Of a stretch of DNA of 64,000 nucleotides, positions 51,481 through 63,369 are shown piece after piece (position 1 is the stretch's first letter; every line of letters starts with the position of its first letter). The stretch is from Chiloscyllium plagiosum (taxonomy: Eukaryota). Location of the stretch: the NCBI RefSeq assembly GCF_004010195.1, contig NC_057720.1:31662831-31726830 (forward strand). Reading direction: 5' to 3'. A program made the translations under genes and the position numbers. A model generated the notes under the pieces. That model was not told where the DNA came from, did not search any database, and was given only the letters and a program-made list of their open reading frames with translations.

Positions 51481-51607
51481 TACTTGCTCCAGGGAGACTC
51501 CTACAGTCAAATCTCGGCATAGTCTAAGGGCACTGAGCAGAACATTGTTGGATTCTGATTTTGAGTTTGAAATATGAACACATTTTAAACGCATTTTACC
51601 ATCTTAT

Positions 51608-52552
51608 TTTTTTTTATTAACTCGTGGGCGTCATTGGCTGGCCAGCATTTATTGCCTGTCCCATGTTGCCCTTGAGAAGGTGGCGGTGAGCTGCCTTCTT
51701 GAACCACTGCAATCCACCTGCTGTAACTTGATCCACAATGCCATTAGAGAGGGAATTCCAGGATCTTGATCCAGTGACAATGAAGAATTGTGATATATTT
51801 CCATGTCATGATGGAGGAGAACTTGCATGTGGTGTTCCCATGTATCTGCTGCCCTTGTCCTTTGAGATGGAAGTGGTTGTGGGTTTGGAAGGTGCTGTCT
51901 AAGGACATTTGTTGAACTTCTGCAGTGCATCTTGTAGATAATTCACATTGCTGCTACTGAGCATCAGTGGTGGACGGAGTGGAACTGTTACCGATCAAGT
52001 GGGCTGCTTTGTCCTGGATGGTGTCAATCTTCTTGTTGTTTGAGCTGTACCCATCCAATGGGAAATGGGGAGTACTCCTGATTCATGCCTTGTAGATGGT
52101 GGACAGGATTTGGGAAATCAGGAGTTTTTTTTTAGATTGGATTAGATTACTTACAGTGTGGAAACAGGCCCTTCGGCCCAACAAGTCCACACCGACCCGC
52201 CAAAGCGCAACCCACCCAGACCCATTTCCCTACATTTACCCCTGCACCTAACCACTACGGGCAATTTAGCATGGCCAATTCACCTGATGGTGGGAGGAAA
52301 CCGGAGCACCCGGAGGAAGCCCACGCAGACACGGGGAGAATGTGCAAACGCCACACAGTCAGTCACCTGAGGCGGGAATTGAACCCGGGTCTCTGGCGCT
52401 GTGAGGCAGCAGTGCTAACCACTGTGCCACCGTGCCGCCCTCAGTATTCCATTGAGTGTCAAGAGGTGGTGATAGGATTGTCTCTTATTGTACATGGTCA
52501 TTTTCTGACATTTGTGTGGCATGAATGTTACTTGCCTCTTGTCAGCCCAGTT
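51608..52552 (-). mobile_element. CR1/L2-group LINE 3' part with a full HE1-type SINE (52132-52440, -)
   Basis: Poly-T then ..ggccagcatttattgcc.. 3' terminus; the SINE has A/B boxes and an AATCT tail. Confidence 0.8.
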
Positions 52553-53255
52553 AATTTTTGCGTACATGTCATACGTGCCAAATAGTAGGTAAGCCACAGG
52601 CGGTAATAAAAACCAGCACCTTTGTTGCCAATTCCCGCATTTGAAGAACCTTTCACACGGGTTATAATTGATTGTGTAGGTCCCTTCCCAAGAACCAAAA
52701 GTGGGAACCAGTACTTGCTAACCATAATGGAGGTGTCTGCCAGATTTCGAGAGGCAATTCCATTATGGAGTATCAAGGCAAAAACGGGTAGTAGAGGAGT
52801 TAGTAGCTTTCTTCACTCGGTTTGGGCTACCCAGAGAGATTCAGTCAGACCGAGGGTCAAATTTTACTGCTGGACTGTTTAAAGAGGTTATGGATAGCTT
52901 AGGTATACAACAATTTAAATCCAGTGTGTATCATCCTGAATCCCAGGGAGCTTTAGAAAGGTGGTATCAGACCTTGAAGACCATGTTGAGAGCATATTGT
53001 CAGGATTACCCGAATGATTGGGATAAAGGTATCCCATTCGTGTTGTTTGCCATTAGAGATGCCCCAAATGAATCTACTCAGTTCACTCCCTTTGAGTTAA
53101 TATTCAGTCATAAAGTGAGAGGAACCTTGAAATTAATTAAAGAAAAATTGACAGGACTAAAGTCGGAGATCTCACACTTAGATTATGTATCAGAGGTGAG
53201 GGAGAGATTAAATAGGGGAGGTGAGTTAGCTAAACAGCACCTAAAGACGGCACAA
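52553..53255 (+). mobile_element. Gypsy (Gmr1-like) integrase core fragment
   Basis: CxxC (RTCHTCQ), EPFTRVIIDCVGP, YHPESQGALER, DWDKGIPFVLFAIR; frameshifted. Confidence 0.9.
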
Positions 53256-53371
53256 GAGGAGGTCAGGTTTTGCACCTTCTCTAATAAATACATATACAAA
53301 TTGATAAGAAAAATTCTTTGAATACATTTTAAAAATTCCTCAACATCTAAGCCCTTAACACTGTGGCAATT

Positions 53372-54600
53372 CAGTCATAGAGTTATAGAGTCAGAGCTGT
53401 ACAGCATGGAAACAGATCCTTCAGTCTAACTTGTCCATACTGATCAGATATCCTCAATTAACCTAGTCCCATTTGTCAGCATTTGGCCCATAATCCTCTA
53501 AAGCCTTCCTGTGGTTGCAATTGTACCAGCCTCACCATTTCCTCTGGCAGCTCATTCCATACATGCACCACCCTCTGCATGTAAAAGATTGCCCCTTAGG
53601 CCCTTTTAAATTTTTCCCCTCTCACCTTAACCATGCCTTCTAGTTTTGGACTCCTGTACTCTGGGGAAAAGACCTTGGTTATTCACCCTATCTATGCCCC
53701 TCATGACTTTATAAACCCCTATAAGGTCATTCCTCAGCCTCCGACACTCCAGGGAAAATAACCCCTGCATATTCAGCCTCTCCCTATCGCTCAAACCCTC
53801 CAACCCTGGCAACATCCTTGTAAATCTTTTCTGAACCCTTTCAAGTATCACAACGTCCTTCCAATAGGAGGATGACCAGAATTGAACATAGTACTCCAAA
53901 AGTGGTGAACCATATCCTCCACAGCCTCAACATGACCTTCCAACTCCTATGCTTAAAACATTGACTAATAGAGACAAGCCTACCAATTGCCTGCTTCAGT
54001 ATCCTGTCTACCTGCGACTCTACTTTCAAGGAACTGTGAATCTGCACTCCAATGTCTCTTTTCTCAGCGACACTCCCCAGGACCTTACCATTAAGTGTAC
54101 AAGTCCTGCCCTGATTTGCCTTTCCAAAATTCAGCACCTCAAATTAAACTCCATCTGCCACTCCTTGGCCCATTGGCCCATCTGATCAAGGTTCCATTGT
54201 ACACTAAGGTTACTTTCTTCGCTGTCCACTACACCTTCAGTTTTGGTGTCATCTGCAACCTTACTAACGATACCTCCTATGTTCCCATCCAAATCATTTA
54301 TATAAATGACAAAAAGGAATGGACTTACCACTGATCCTTGTGGCACACTGCTGGTTACAGGCCTCCAGTCTGAAAAGCAACCCTCTATCACCACCCTCTA
54401 TCTCCTACTTTCAAGCCAGTTCTGTATCCAGATGGCTAGTTCCCCTGTTTTCCATGCGATCTAACCTTGCTAACCAGTCTATCATGCGGACCTTTATCAA
54501 ACTCCTTACTGAGGTCCATATAGATCACGTCCACTGCCCTGCCTTCATCAATCCTCTTCGTTATTTCTTCAAAAAACTCAGTTAAGTCAGTGAGGCATCA
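53372..54600 (-). mobile_element. HER1-type CR1 3' half
   Basis: [31 protein letters not shown]. Confidence 0.88.
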
Positions 54601-56290
54601 TGTTAAGTTAAAATCCCCTACTATTACAGCCCTATTATTCTTATATATTTGATATCTCTCTACATATTTGTTCCTCCATTTCCCACTGACTACTGGGGGG
54701 CTTAGAGTACAATCCCATCAAGGTGATCATACCCTTCTTAATTTTGAGTTCCACCTATATAACTTCACAGGGCAATCCTTTAGGAATATTCTCTAAGGAG
54801 AATAAAGCATAATGTTTTCCTTAATCAAGGCGCCAATCCCCTCCTTTTTTGCCTCCCTTTCTATCCTATCTACAGCATCTAAACCTCAGAATATTGAGCT
54901 CCCAATCCAGTCCCTTCCTCAGCCATTTTTCTGTAATAGCTATGATGTCCCAGTCCCATGTTCCCAAACAAGCCCTGAGTTCATTGACCGCTTGCATCGA
55001 AATAAATGCAGTTTAATTATTTTCACAGAATTGAATCCCTACAGTGTGGAAGCAGGCCATTCAGCCCATTGAGTTCATACTGACGCACTGAAAAGCATCT
55101 CACCTAGACCCACCCCTCCCTACCCTATCCCAGTAATCCTGCATTTCCCCAGTTCATCCACCTAACCTACACATCCCTGGACACTATGGGCAATTTAGCA
55201 TGACCAATCCACCTGACATGCGTATCTTTGGACTGTGAGAGGAAAACGGAGCACCCAGAAGAAACCCACACAGATGCAGGGAGAACATGCAAACTCTACA
55301 CAGACAGTCATCCAAAGCTGGAATCGAACCCAGGTACCTGGCACTGTGAGGCAGCAGTGCTAACCACTGTGCCACCTTGCTGTTCCTATTCTTTAGAGTT
55401 ACCTCATTTTCTGACTTGGTCTTGCCTGCCTTTTCTAATTAATTTGCTCATCATCATCCGTCTTTCTATTCTCACTACTACTGAGGATACACAAACACTC
55501 TTCTAATTAGATCATGAGATCCCAATGACCCAAAAATCTGAGTGCTTACAACCATTTCCTCAGCCATTGACTTATCTGCCCTATTTTCTTATTTCTACTC
55601 TCACTAGCACATGGCACTGGGCATAATCCAGAGATTAGAGCCTCCTCTAGCTTATCTCTCCACGCTTCAGGCTCTCTGCCTTTATTCCTGATGAAGGGCT
55701 TTTGCCCGAAACGTCGATTTTGCTGCTCCTAGGATGCTGCCTGAACTGCTGTGCTCATCCAGCACCACTAATCCAGAATCCAGAGATGACTACCTTTGAG
55801 GCTCTCCTCTTTAACCTTCTCCTGAACTTCCTATATTCACTCTGTAAAGCCTCAACCCTTTCCCTAACTATGTTGTTCTTCCCAATCGGTACGCCAACCT
55901 CTCACTCTGCCCTTTGACGATATGCTGCAACTGTTTTGAGATGTCCTTGATCCTGGTATCAGGGAGGCAACATACCATCCTGAATTTGTGCTCACTGCTG
56001 CAGAATCTCCTGCTGTCTGTGCCCCCGACAGGATAGTCCCTTATAACAATTACTCCTTTCATTCTTGACAAAGCCAACTTAACATAAGATTCATTCTTAA
56101 GTGTCTTCTGTGTGCTCCTCAGTGGCTCTAATTGCCTTCCAGCTGATTCAAACGATGTGATATGAGACAGATCCAAACACACCTCCTGCAGACATAGTCG
56201 CCAGGCACAGTCAACTGTTCTCTAATCTCCCACATCTGACTGGGGGAGCATACCACTCCAGAGACTGCCATAACTGTCCCTTAAAGGTTT
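54601..56290 (-). mobile_element. Decayed CR1 5' part (ORF1 esterase/EN) with a V-SINE (55025-55380) and a Penelope insert (55636-55776)
   Basis: VIVIRDYPVGGTDS..MVCCLP..IKDI esterase remnant; TSD AATCCAGAGAT at 55625 and 55777. Confidence 0.72.
55684..55719 (+). ncRNA. Minimal hammerhead ribozyme motif
   Basis: attc-CUGAUGA-A-GGGC(UUUU)GCCC-GAAAC-GUC-gatt, the same core as 3996-4031. Confidence 0.75.
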
Positions 56291-57373
56291 GTTCATGTGG
56301 ATTTGCCTAAAAGGACCCACACTTTTCTCAAATCCAGTGTTTGTAGACTGATTACAGCTGAAATACTATTGTGGGAAAGCCAAAGCTATAATTCTTTTAA
56401 AAATAAGTGCTAAAAATAACCTTTTTTTTAAAGAAAGCGAAGTACCTTTCCCTTCCCCACAGTTTTAATTTTAAGCATGCGAAAGACAAAAAAAATTAAA
56501 ATCTTAAAAATCGAGCACTTAGTTGAAACTCCTATAAACAAAAACAGCCTTCTCCTCAAATCCTGTATCCATGGGCTCTCAGATCTCTGGATCTGAGTAA
56601 AGGAATGTCGATCCCTGATTCCCGATGTTATTTAATATCAAAACTTCAACAAATAATTTGGAAAGGATAGGCTTCCGAGTTCCGTGCAAACAAAAACAAA
56701 TCTCTCTGGAGCCATTGAGACCTCGATAAACACGTGGATAGGCCTCTCCCACAAACTTTGTGTAATTGAATCTTGCCTTTAGAAATATATTGCTGCTCCT
56801 TCACTGTTGCTGGGTCAAAATTCTGGAATTCTCTTCCTATGGCATTGTGGGTCATCCTATAGTGGACTGCAGCGGTTAGTTGCTCTCCTTTTTATATGTT
56901 CATAGAAGCTCTTGCTGTTAAAGTTTACATTTCTTGCCAATTTACTTACATAATTAATTTTCGCTTTTTTTATTAGCTCTTTAGAGATCCATTAGGGTTG
57001 TTCATAAAATATTTCCAATCTTTTGGCCTATACTAGTTTTTGGCACTCTGTATGTCTTGTTTTTTGACTGGCTTCTCTCCTTGACTGCCTTTGTTAATCA
57101 CAATCCTTCTCATTGATCTTGAATAGATTTTTGCTGAGCATTATGATCTATCTGCTTAAATGTCTACCACTGCTCATGTACTGACTTCCCCCTTGATTTA
57201 TTTTCCTAACCTGCTTTCGACAATTCTTTCTTCATACCTCTGTAATTGCCCTAATTTAGGTTGAGGATAATGGTTTGAAACCTGAGTTACTCTCCCTTAA
57301 ACCAAATTTTAAATTCTACCATGTTGTGATCACTATCCCCCCAAACATCCTTAACTGTGAGATCCCTCCTTAA

Positions 57374-57519
57374 AAATGTGTTGCTGGAAAAGCGCAGCAG
57401 ATCAGGCAGCATCAAAGGAGAAGGAGAATCGACGTTTTGGGCATGAGCCGTTCGGAGAAGGAGAATTGATGTTTCGGGCATAAGCCCTTCGGAGAAGGAG
57501 AATTGACGTTTCGGGCATA
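57374..57519 (-). mobile_element. Penelope-derived insert with about three 37-bp tandem units, inside an old CR1 EN fragment (about 56880-57595)
   Basis: Units start at 57417, 57454 and 57491; TSD AGATC(C/T)CTCCTTAA at 57360 and 57520. Confidence 0.8.
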
Positions 57520-57614
57520 AGATCTCTCCTTAATCCTATTTCAGTACACATTACTAGATCTAAAATATCCTGTCCCTGAGTAGGTTGTTCATAGATCATA
57601 GAATCATAGAATCT

Positions 57615-59617
57615 ATGGGCGAAAGGGAAGGCTGGTAGGTATAGGGAATGCTGGATGACTAAAGAAATTGAGGGATTGGTTAAGAAAACGATGGAACCAT
57701 GTGTCAGGTATAGACAGAATAGATCGAGTGAATCCTTAGAAGAGTATAAAGAAAGTAGGAGTATATTTAAGAGGGAAATCAGGAGGGCAAAACGGGGACA
57801 TGAGATAGCTTTGGCAAATAGAATTAAGGAGAATCCAAAGGGTTTTTACAAATATATTAAGGACAAAAGGGTAACCAGGGAGAAAATAGGGCCCCTCATA
57901 GATCAGCAAGGCGGCCTTTGTGTGGAGCCACAGAAAATGGGGGAGATACTAAATGAATATTTTGCATCAGTATTTACTGTGGAAAAGGATATGGAAGATA
58001 TAGAAATAGATGGTGGCATCTTATAAAATGTCCAGATTACAGAGGAGTAAGTGCTGAATGTCTTGAAACGGTTAAAGGTGGATAAATCCCCAGGACCTGA
58101 TCAGGTGTATCCGAGAACTCTGTGGGAAACTAGAGAAGTGATTGCTGGGCCTCTTGCTAAGATATTTGTATCATTGATAGTCACAAGTGAGGTGCCGGAA
58201 GACTGGAGGTTGGCAAACGTGGTGCCACTGTTTAAGAAGGGCGGTAAAGACAAGCCAGGGAACTATAGACCAGTGAGCCTGACGTCAGTGGTGGACAAGT
58301 TGTTGGAGGGAATCCTGAGGTACAGGATGTACATGTATTTTGAAAGGCAAGGACTGATTAGGGATAGTCAACATGGCTTGGTGTGTGGGAAATCATGGCT
58401 GAAACTTTATTGCTGGAACAGCACAGCAGGTCAGGCAGCATCTAGGGAACAGAAGATTCGACGTTTCGGGCACATGCCCTTCTTCAGGAAGGGCATGTGC
58501 CCTTCCTGAAGAAAGTTTCAGCCTAATAAAGTTTCAGCCTGTTCCCTAGATGCTGCCTGACCTGCTGTGCTGTTCCAGCAATAAAGTTTCAGCTTTGATC
58601 TCCAGCGTCTGCAGACCTCACTTTCTCCTCGTGTGGGAAATCATGTCCCACAAACTTGATTGAGTCTTTTAAAGAGGTAACAAAGAAGATTGATGAGGGC
58701 AGAGCAGTAGATGTGATCTATGTGGACTTCAGTAAGGCATTCGACAAGGTTCCCCATGGGGAAGGTTAGATCTCATGGAATACAGGGATAACTAGCCATT
58801 TGGATACAGAACTGGCTCAAAGGTAGAAGACAGAGGATAGTGTTGGAGAGTTGTTTTTCAGACTGGAGGCCTGTGACCAGTGGAGTGCCACAAGGATTGG
58901 TGCTGGGTCCTCTACTTTTTGTGATATACATAAATGATTTGGATGTGAGCATAAGAGGTACAGTTAGTAAGTTTGCAGATGACACCAAAACTGTAGTGGA
59001 GAGCGAAGAAGGTTACCTCAGATTATAACAGGATCTGGACCAGATGGGCCAATGGGCTGAGAAGTGGCATATTGCATGCAATTCTGGTCTCCTTCCTATC
59101 AGAAAGATGTTGTGAAACTTGATAGGGTTCAGAAAAGATTTACAAGGATAATGCCAAGGTTGGAGGTTTTGAGCTACAGGGAGAGGCTGAACAAGATGGG
59201 GCTGTTTTCCCCTGGAGTGTTGGAGGCTGAGGGGTGATCTTATGGAGATTTACAAAATTATGAGGGGCATGGATAGGATAAATAGTCTTTTCCCTGGGGT
59301 TGGGGAGTCCAGAACTAGAGGGCATAGGTTTAGGGTGAGAGGGGAAAGATATAAAAGAGACCTAAGGTGCAACATTTTCACACAGAGGGTGGTACATGTA
59401 CGGAATGAGCTGCCAGAGGATGTGGTGGAGGCTGGTACAATTGCAACATTTAAGAGGCATTTGGATGGGTATATGAATAGGAAGGGTTTGGAGGGATATG
59501 GACCAGGTGCTGGTAGGTGGGACAAGATTGGGTTGGGATATCTGGTCGGCATGGACAGGTTGGACCGAAGGGTCTGTTTCCATGCTGTACATCTCTATGA
59601 CTCTATGACTCTATGAC
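57615..59617 (+). mobile_element. HER1-type CR1 ORF2 3' half
   Basis: IKENPKGFYKYI, DKSPGPD, PGNYRPVSLTSVV, FADDTK; (CTATGACT)n tail. Confidence 0.92.
58398..58630. mobile_element. Fold-back Penelope-derived insertion with 15-bp TSD and minus-strand hammerhead (58457-58490)
   Basis: TSD GTGTGGGAAATCATG at 58383 and 58631; perfect 55-bp inverted arms; minus strand UUC-CUGAAGA-A-GGGC(AUGU)GCCC-GAAAC-GUC-GAA. Confidence 0.88.
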
Positions 59618-60531
59618 TTCCCAAACACAAAGCCAGTAGAGAATAAGTAGCAAATACTAAGCTGGAAATAGTTAATATTTCTGTCAAATAGCACCAGTGG
59701 TAATGGTGTGTGGGGTGGGGTGGTGGTGGTGCCTGCTGCTGAACACATGTTCAACTGTTTGCACTTAAGAAATAGCAGAGGCAAGTTCCAAAAAGGGAGC
59801 AGTAAGTCAGCATTATACATTGTACATTTCAGTTTTGGGACTTGCTGTCGTGTTTAGTCCAGACTTTGATGTATGTTTCTTTTCATTCATGATTGTATAA
59901 ATTAAGCAGATCTGAACTGTTTCATTCTAGCGATCAGATATGCACAGTACAAAATTGCCCACAAGGTACATTATCTGATACTGGATGATTCAGAGGACAG
60001 ATTGTGTGGGAAATAGACATGTTAACTGATCCAGTAGGAAGTACATTTCTGAAGTTGAGACGAACCCACATCATTCATGTTGCAGAGACAGATTTAAAAG
60101 AAACGTTTGTCATCTTTATTCATTCCTGGACTTAGAGCACTTGCTGCTGATCTTGGGGGGAAAAAACATTAGAAAATAGTGAATTCCCCGAAGCAGGCAT
60201 CTTTTAATCAGGTTGACACAAAACCTCACCAAAAGTTAACAAATAAAATCTACATCATATAACAAATTCTTAATGGTAGTTTCACTATTTTATTAATTTT
60301 ACAAATTATTTTCCTAATTATTTAATTCCAACTAATTCTAACACATAACATATTTATTGCTGAGTTTAGAGTTACATTTATTCAGAAAATTTGAGATCAG
60401 GAAGCATCTTTAGACTCCTCTGCTTTACTAGTTTCTCATTGCCATCCAACATGACCAATTTTCAGCTGAGTCTTCCAGTGTACCCTTCAGCTTCATCTCC
60501 AAGGACTAAGCAGTCTACAAAACACCCTCAC

Positions 60532-60944
60532 AATTGAAATCACCTTCTTAACATAATAAACACATCTTTGATTTCATACAGTATTTAAACATAACTAAAA
60601 GAAAGAAGTTAGCATTACAGTGGGCCTCAGAATAATGGTCCTACAGGTTACTTGTATCGTTAAGAAATTCAGGAAAACTTCACTAATGCCTACATTCAAT
60701 TTTAGTATATGTATGTCTTTTTTTTGGAGAGTGGTATAATTGAAATCACCTCCTTAACATAATAAACACATCTTTGATTTCATACAGTATTTAAACATAA
60801 CTAAAAGAAAGAAGTTAGCATTACAGTGGGCCTCAGAATAATGGTCCCACAGGTTACTTGTATCGTTAAGAAATTCAGGAAAACTTCACTAATGCCTACA
60901 TTCAATTTTAGTAGATGTATGTCTTTTTTTTTGGAGAGTGGTAT
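60532..60944. repeat. 206-bp tandem duplication of unique sequence
   Basis: Copies 60532-60737 and 60738-60944 differ by 3 substitutions and 1 T in a homopolymer. Confidence 0.93.
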
Positions 60945-61210
60945 ATTGCTTTGGACTACAGAAGATTTATGCGTATCTGTTTTCTGTTAACTGTGAACCG
61001 CCTTAGAGAGTTATTTGTCACTCCGAGTTTTGAGCTCTTTTGAATTTCTGCTGCCCATAACCTGGAACATGCTCTCTTCGCTAATCACCCCGTAACCTAC
61101 ATTGGCTTCCAGCTGGCAACACCTTTATTTTTAAATTTCTTTCAAGTCACCTCATGGTATCATACCCCCTGAATCTCTGTAATCACCTTCAAGTGTACAG
61201 CTTCTGAGGA

Positions 61211-61568
61211 GAGGCAATGGCCTAGTGGTTTTATTGCTGGACTGCTAATCCAGAGACCGAAGTAATGTTCTAAGGGTCCGGGTTTGAATCCTACCACAGC
61301 AGATGGTGGAATTTGAATTCAAAAAAAAAATTTGGAATTATGGATCTAAGTGATGACCATGAATCCATTGTCGATTGTCAGGAAAAACCCAACTGGTTCA
61401 CTAATTTTCTTAAGGGAAGGAAACCGCCCTCCTCACATGGTCTGTCCTACGTGTGGCTCCAGATCAAAAGCAATGTGGTTGACCTGTAACTGCCCTCTGG
61501 GCAATTAGGATGGATTGTAAATGCTGGCCCAGCCAGTGATGCCCTCATCCCATCAATGAATTAAAAAA
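61211..61568 (+). mobile_element. tRNA-derived SINE (second family)
   Basis: A box TGGCCTAGTGG, B box GGTTTGAATCC; 3' tail aatgctggcccagccag..gaattaaaaaaa shared with the second LINE family. Confidence 0.8.
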
Positions 61569-62464
61569 ATTAACTGCTGTCCTCCCAATTTGGCCTCTGG
61601 CATGTCCCTAACTTTTGTTTATTTTGCACTTTTTTTGCCACCTATTCTATTATCTCTCTTTACCACTTTTTGTTTAATAACCACTCTGTGAAGCATCCTT
61701 GGGCATTTGATTATGTTAAAGATGCCATGGAAATGCAAATTGTTTTTGCAGATTTCTGCTGCTGCAATGATATAAAGTGACCCACTGTTCCCACTGACTG
61801 ACAATTATGGAAGCTCCTTAATAGTGTCAATATCCATTTAGTCAAAAGGTTTAAATAGTTTATGAAACTTAAATACCAGTGCCTGAACATTCCTTGGTAA
61901 TTTGTGGTATTGTGCTTTGATATGTTGATGTTAATGAATGAGAAATGCAGGTTTTGTGTTTATGTTGCTGGGGTTCCAACAGCAGTATTCTGAAAGTTGT
62001 ACTAACCATTCCCTTTGTTTGGGTCTTAGGTCTACCACTTCTATGATTTCTTCCAGTTGTTTCCAAACCTGTCTTTGTCAGTAGTGCTGGCCTGATTTTG
62101 TGATCTGTTCCAACTCGGATTAAGCCTCCCCATATCCATGAGTTAGGTGCTACTCTCCAAGAACACAAAGAGAGAATTATGGTGACTGTTGTAATGGGAG
62201 CTCTTCCCTCTAATTTGAATTGGTTACTGGCATGGGAAGGAACCTGTCCCACACTTCTCACACAGAAGCTGTGCCAAATCCAGTGAAGTACTAACTCTTC
62301 AGAGAGTTTAAGCTCATCCTTAAAAGGGCAGTTTCTGAGCTGGCAGAAATTTTGATTTTCTTTTATCTAGCAGATGTGTGTGGCCAACATTGCTGCCTTT
62401 GTTGGCGAAAGGCGAGTCTGCAGGAGATGTGGAAAAAGTTGGTTGTTGTATTTGGGGCTGCCTG

Positions 62465-62568
62465 TCATATTCTCCCAAAGAAAGAAGTACCAAGTGCCAA
62501 AAGAGGGTTGATAGCTGAGTCAATATCATCAGTCAAATCCTTTACATATGGCTGAAAGTAAGTGCTCC
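62465..62568 (-). CDS. Probable terminal coding exon of an upstream gene; amphipathic, apolipoprotein-like peptide (x-STYFQPYVKDLTDDIDSAINPLLALGTSFFGRI*)
   Basis: Pyrimidine-rich acceptor ctccttgctctttttattggttctgttaccAG| (AG at 62570-62569), phase 1, open to TGA. Hydrophobic residues recur with helical periodicity. Unique UTR-like sequence follows. No upstream exon was identified in the window. Confidence 0.45.
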
Positions 62569-62676
62569 CTGGTAACAGAACCAATAAAAAGAGCAAGGAG
62601 TTACTCAATTTTGCACCAAGTTCTTGAGTGACCATCAAGTTTGACACAAAATGACTCAATGTTTGAGATAACACAG

Positions 62677-63363
62677 TGTCATAGAGGTGTACAGCATGGA
62701 AACAGACCCTTCAGTCCAACCCGTCCATGCCGACCAGATATCCCAACCCAATCTAGTCCCACTTGCCAGCCTGGCCCATATCACTCCAACCCTTCCTATT
62801 CATATACCCATCCAAATGTCTTTTAAATGTTACAATTGTACCAGCCTCCACCATTCCCTCTGGAGCTCATTCCATACACGTACCACTTTCTGCGTGAAAA
62901 AGTTGCCCCTTAGGTCTCTTTTATATCTTTCCTCTCTCACCCTAAACCTATGCCCTCTAGTTCTGGACTCCCCGACTCCAGGGATCATAACATCTTTCCG
63001 ATAGGAAGGAGACCAGAATTGCATGCAATATTCCAATAGTGGCCTAACCAATGTCCTGTACAACCGCAACATGACCTCCCAACTCCTGTACTCAATACTC
63101 TGACCAATAAAAGAAAGTATACCAAACACCTTCTTCACTATCCTATCTACCTGCAACTCCACTTTCAAGGAGCTATGAACCTGCACTGCAAGCTCTCTTT
63201 GTTCAGCAACACTCCCTAGGACCTTACCATTAAATGTATAAGTCCTGCTGAGATTTGCTTTCCCAAAATGCAGCACCTCACATTTATCTGAATTAAACTC
63301 CATCTGCCACTTCTCAGCCCAATGGTCCGTCTGATCAAGATCCTGTTGTAATCTGAGGTAACT
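62677..63363 (-). mobile_element. HER1-type CR1 3' fragment with internal deletion
   Basis: LQQDLD..WQMEFNSDKCEVLHFG..RPLLEYC joined directly to PGVGESRTRGH. Confidence 0.88.
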
Positions 63364-63369
63364 TGTTAC

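Noticed and set aside
57417..57519. CRISPR-like array (37-bp period)
   Set aside because: Eukaryotic DNA, no unique spacers and no cas genes; the units are Penelope terminal sequence.
61869..62261. 130-aa minus-strand ORF
   Set aside because: No recognisable motif; lies in the presumed 3'UTR of the 62.5-kb exon.
62352..62563. Plus-strand exon (tttatctAG at about 62370, GTAAGT at 62558)
   Set aside because: The frames examined stop before the donor; the minus-strand reading gives a more protein-like product. Antisense non-coding use is not excluded.
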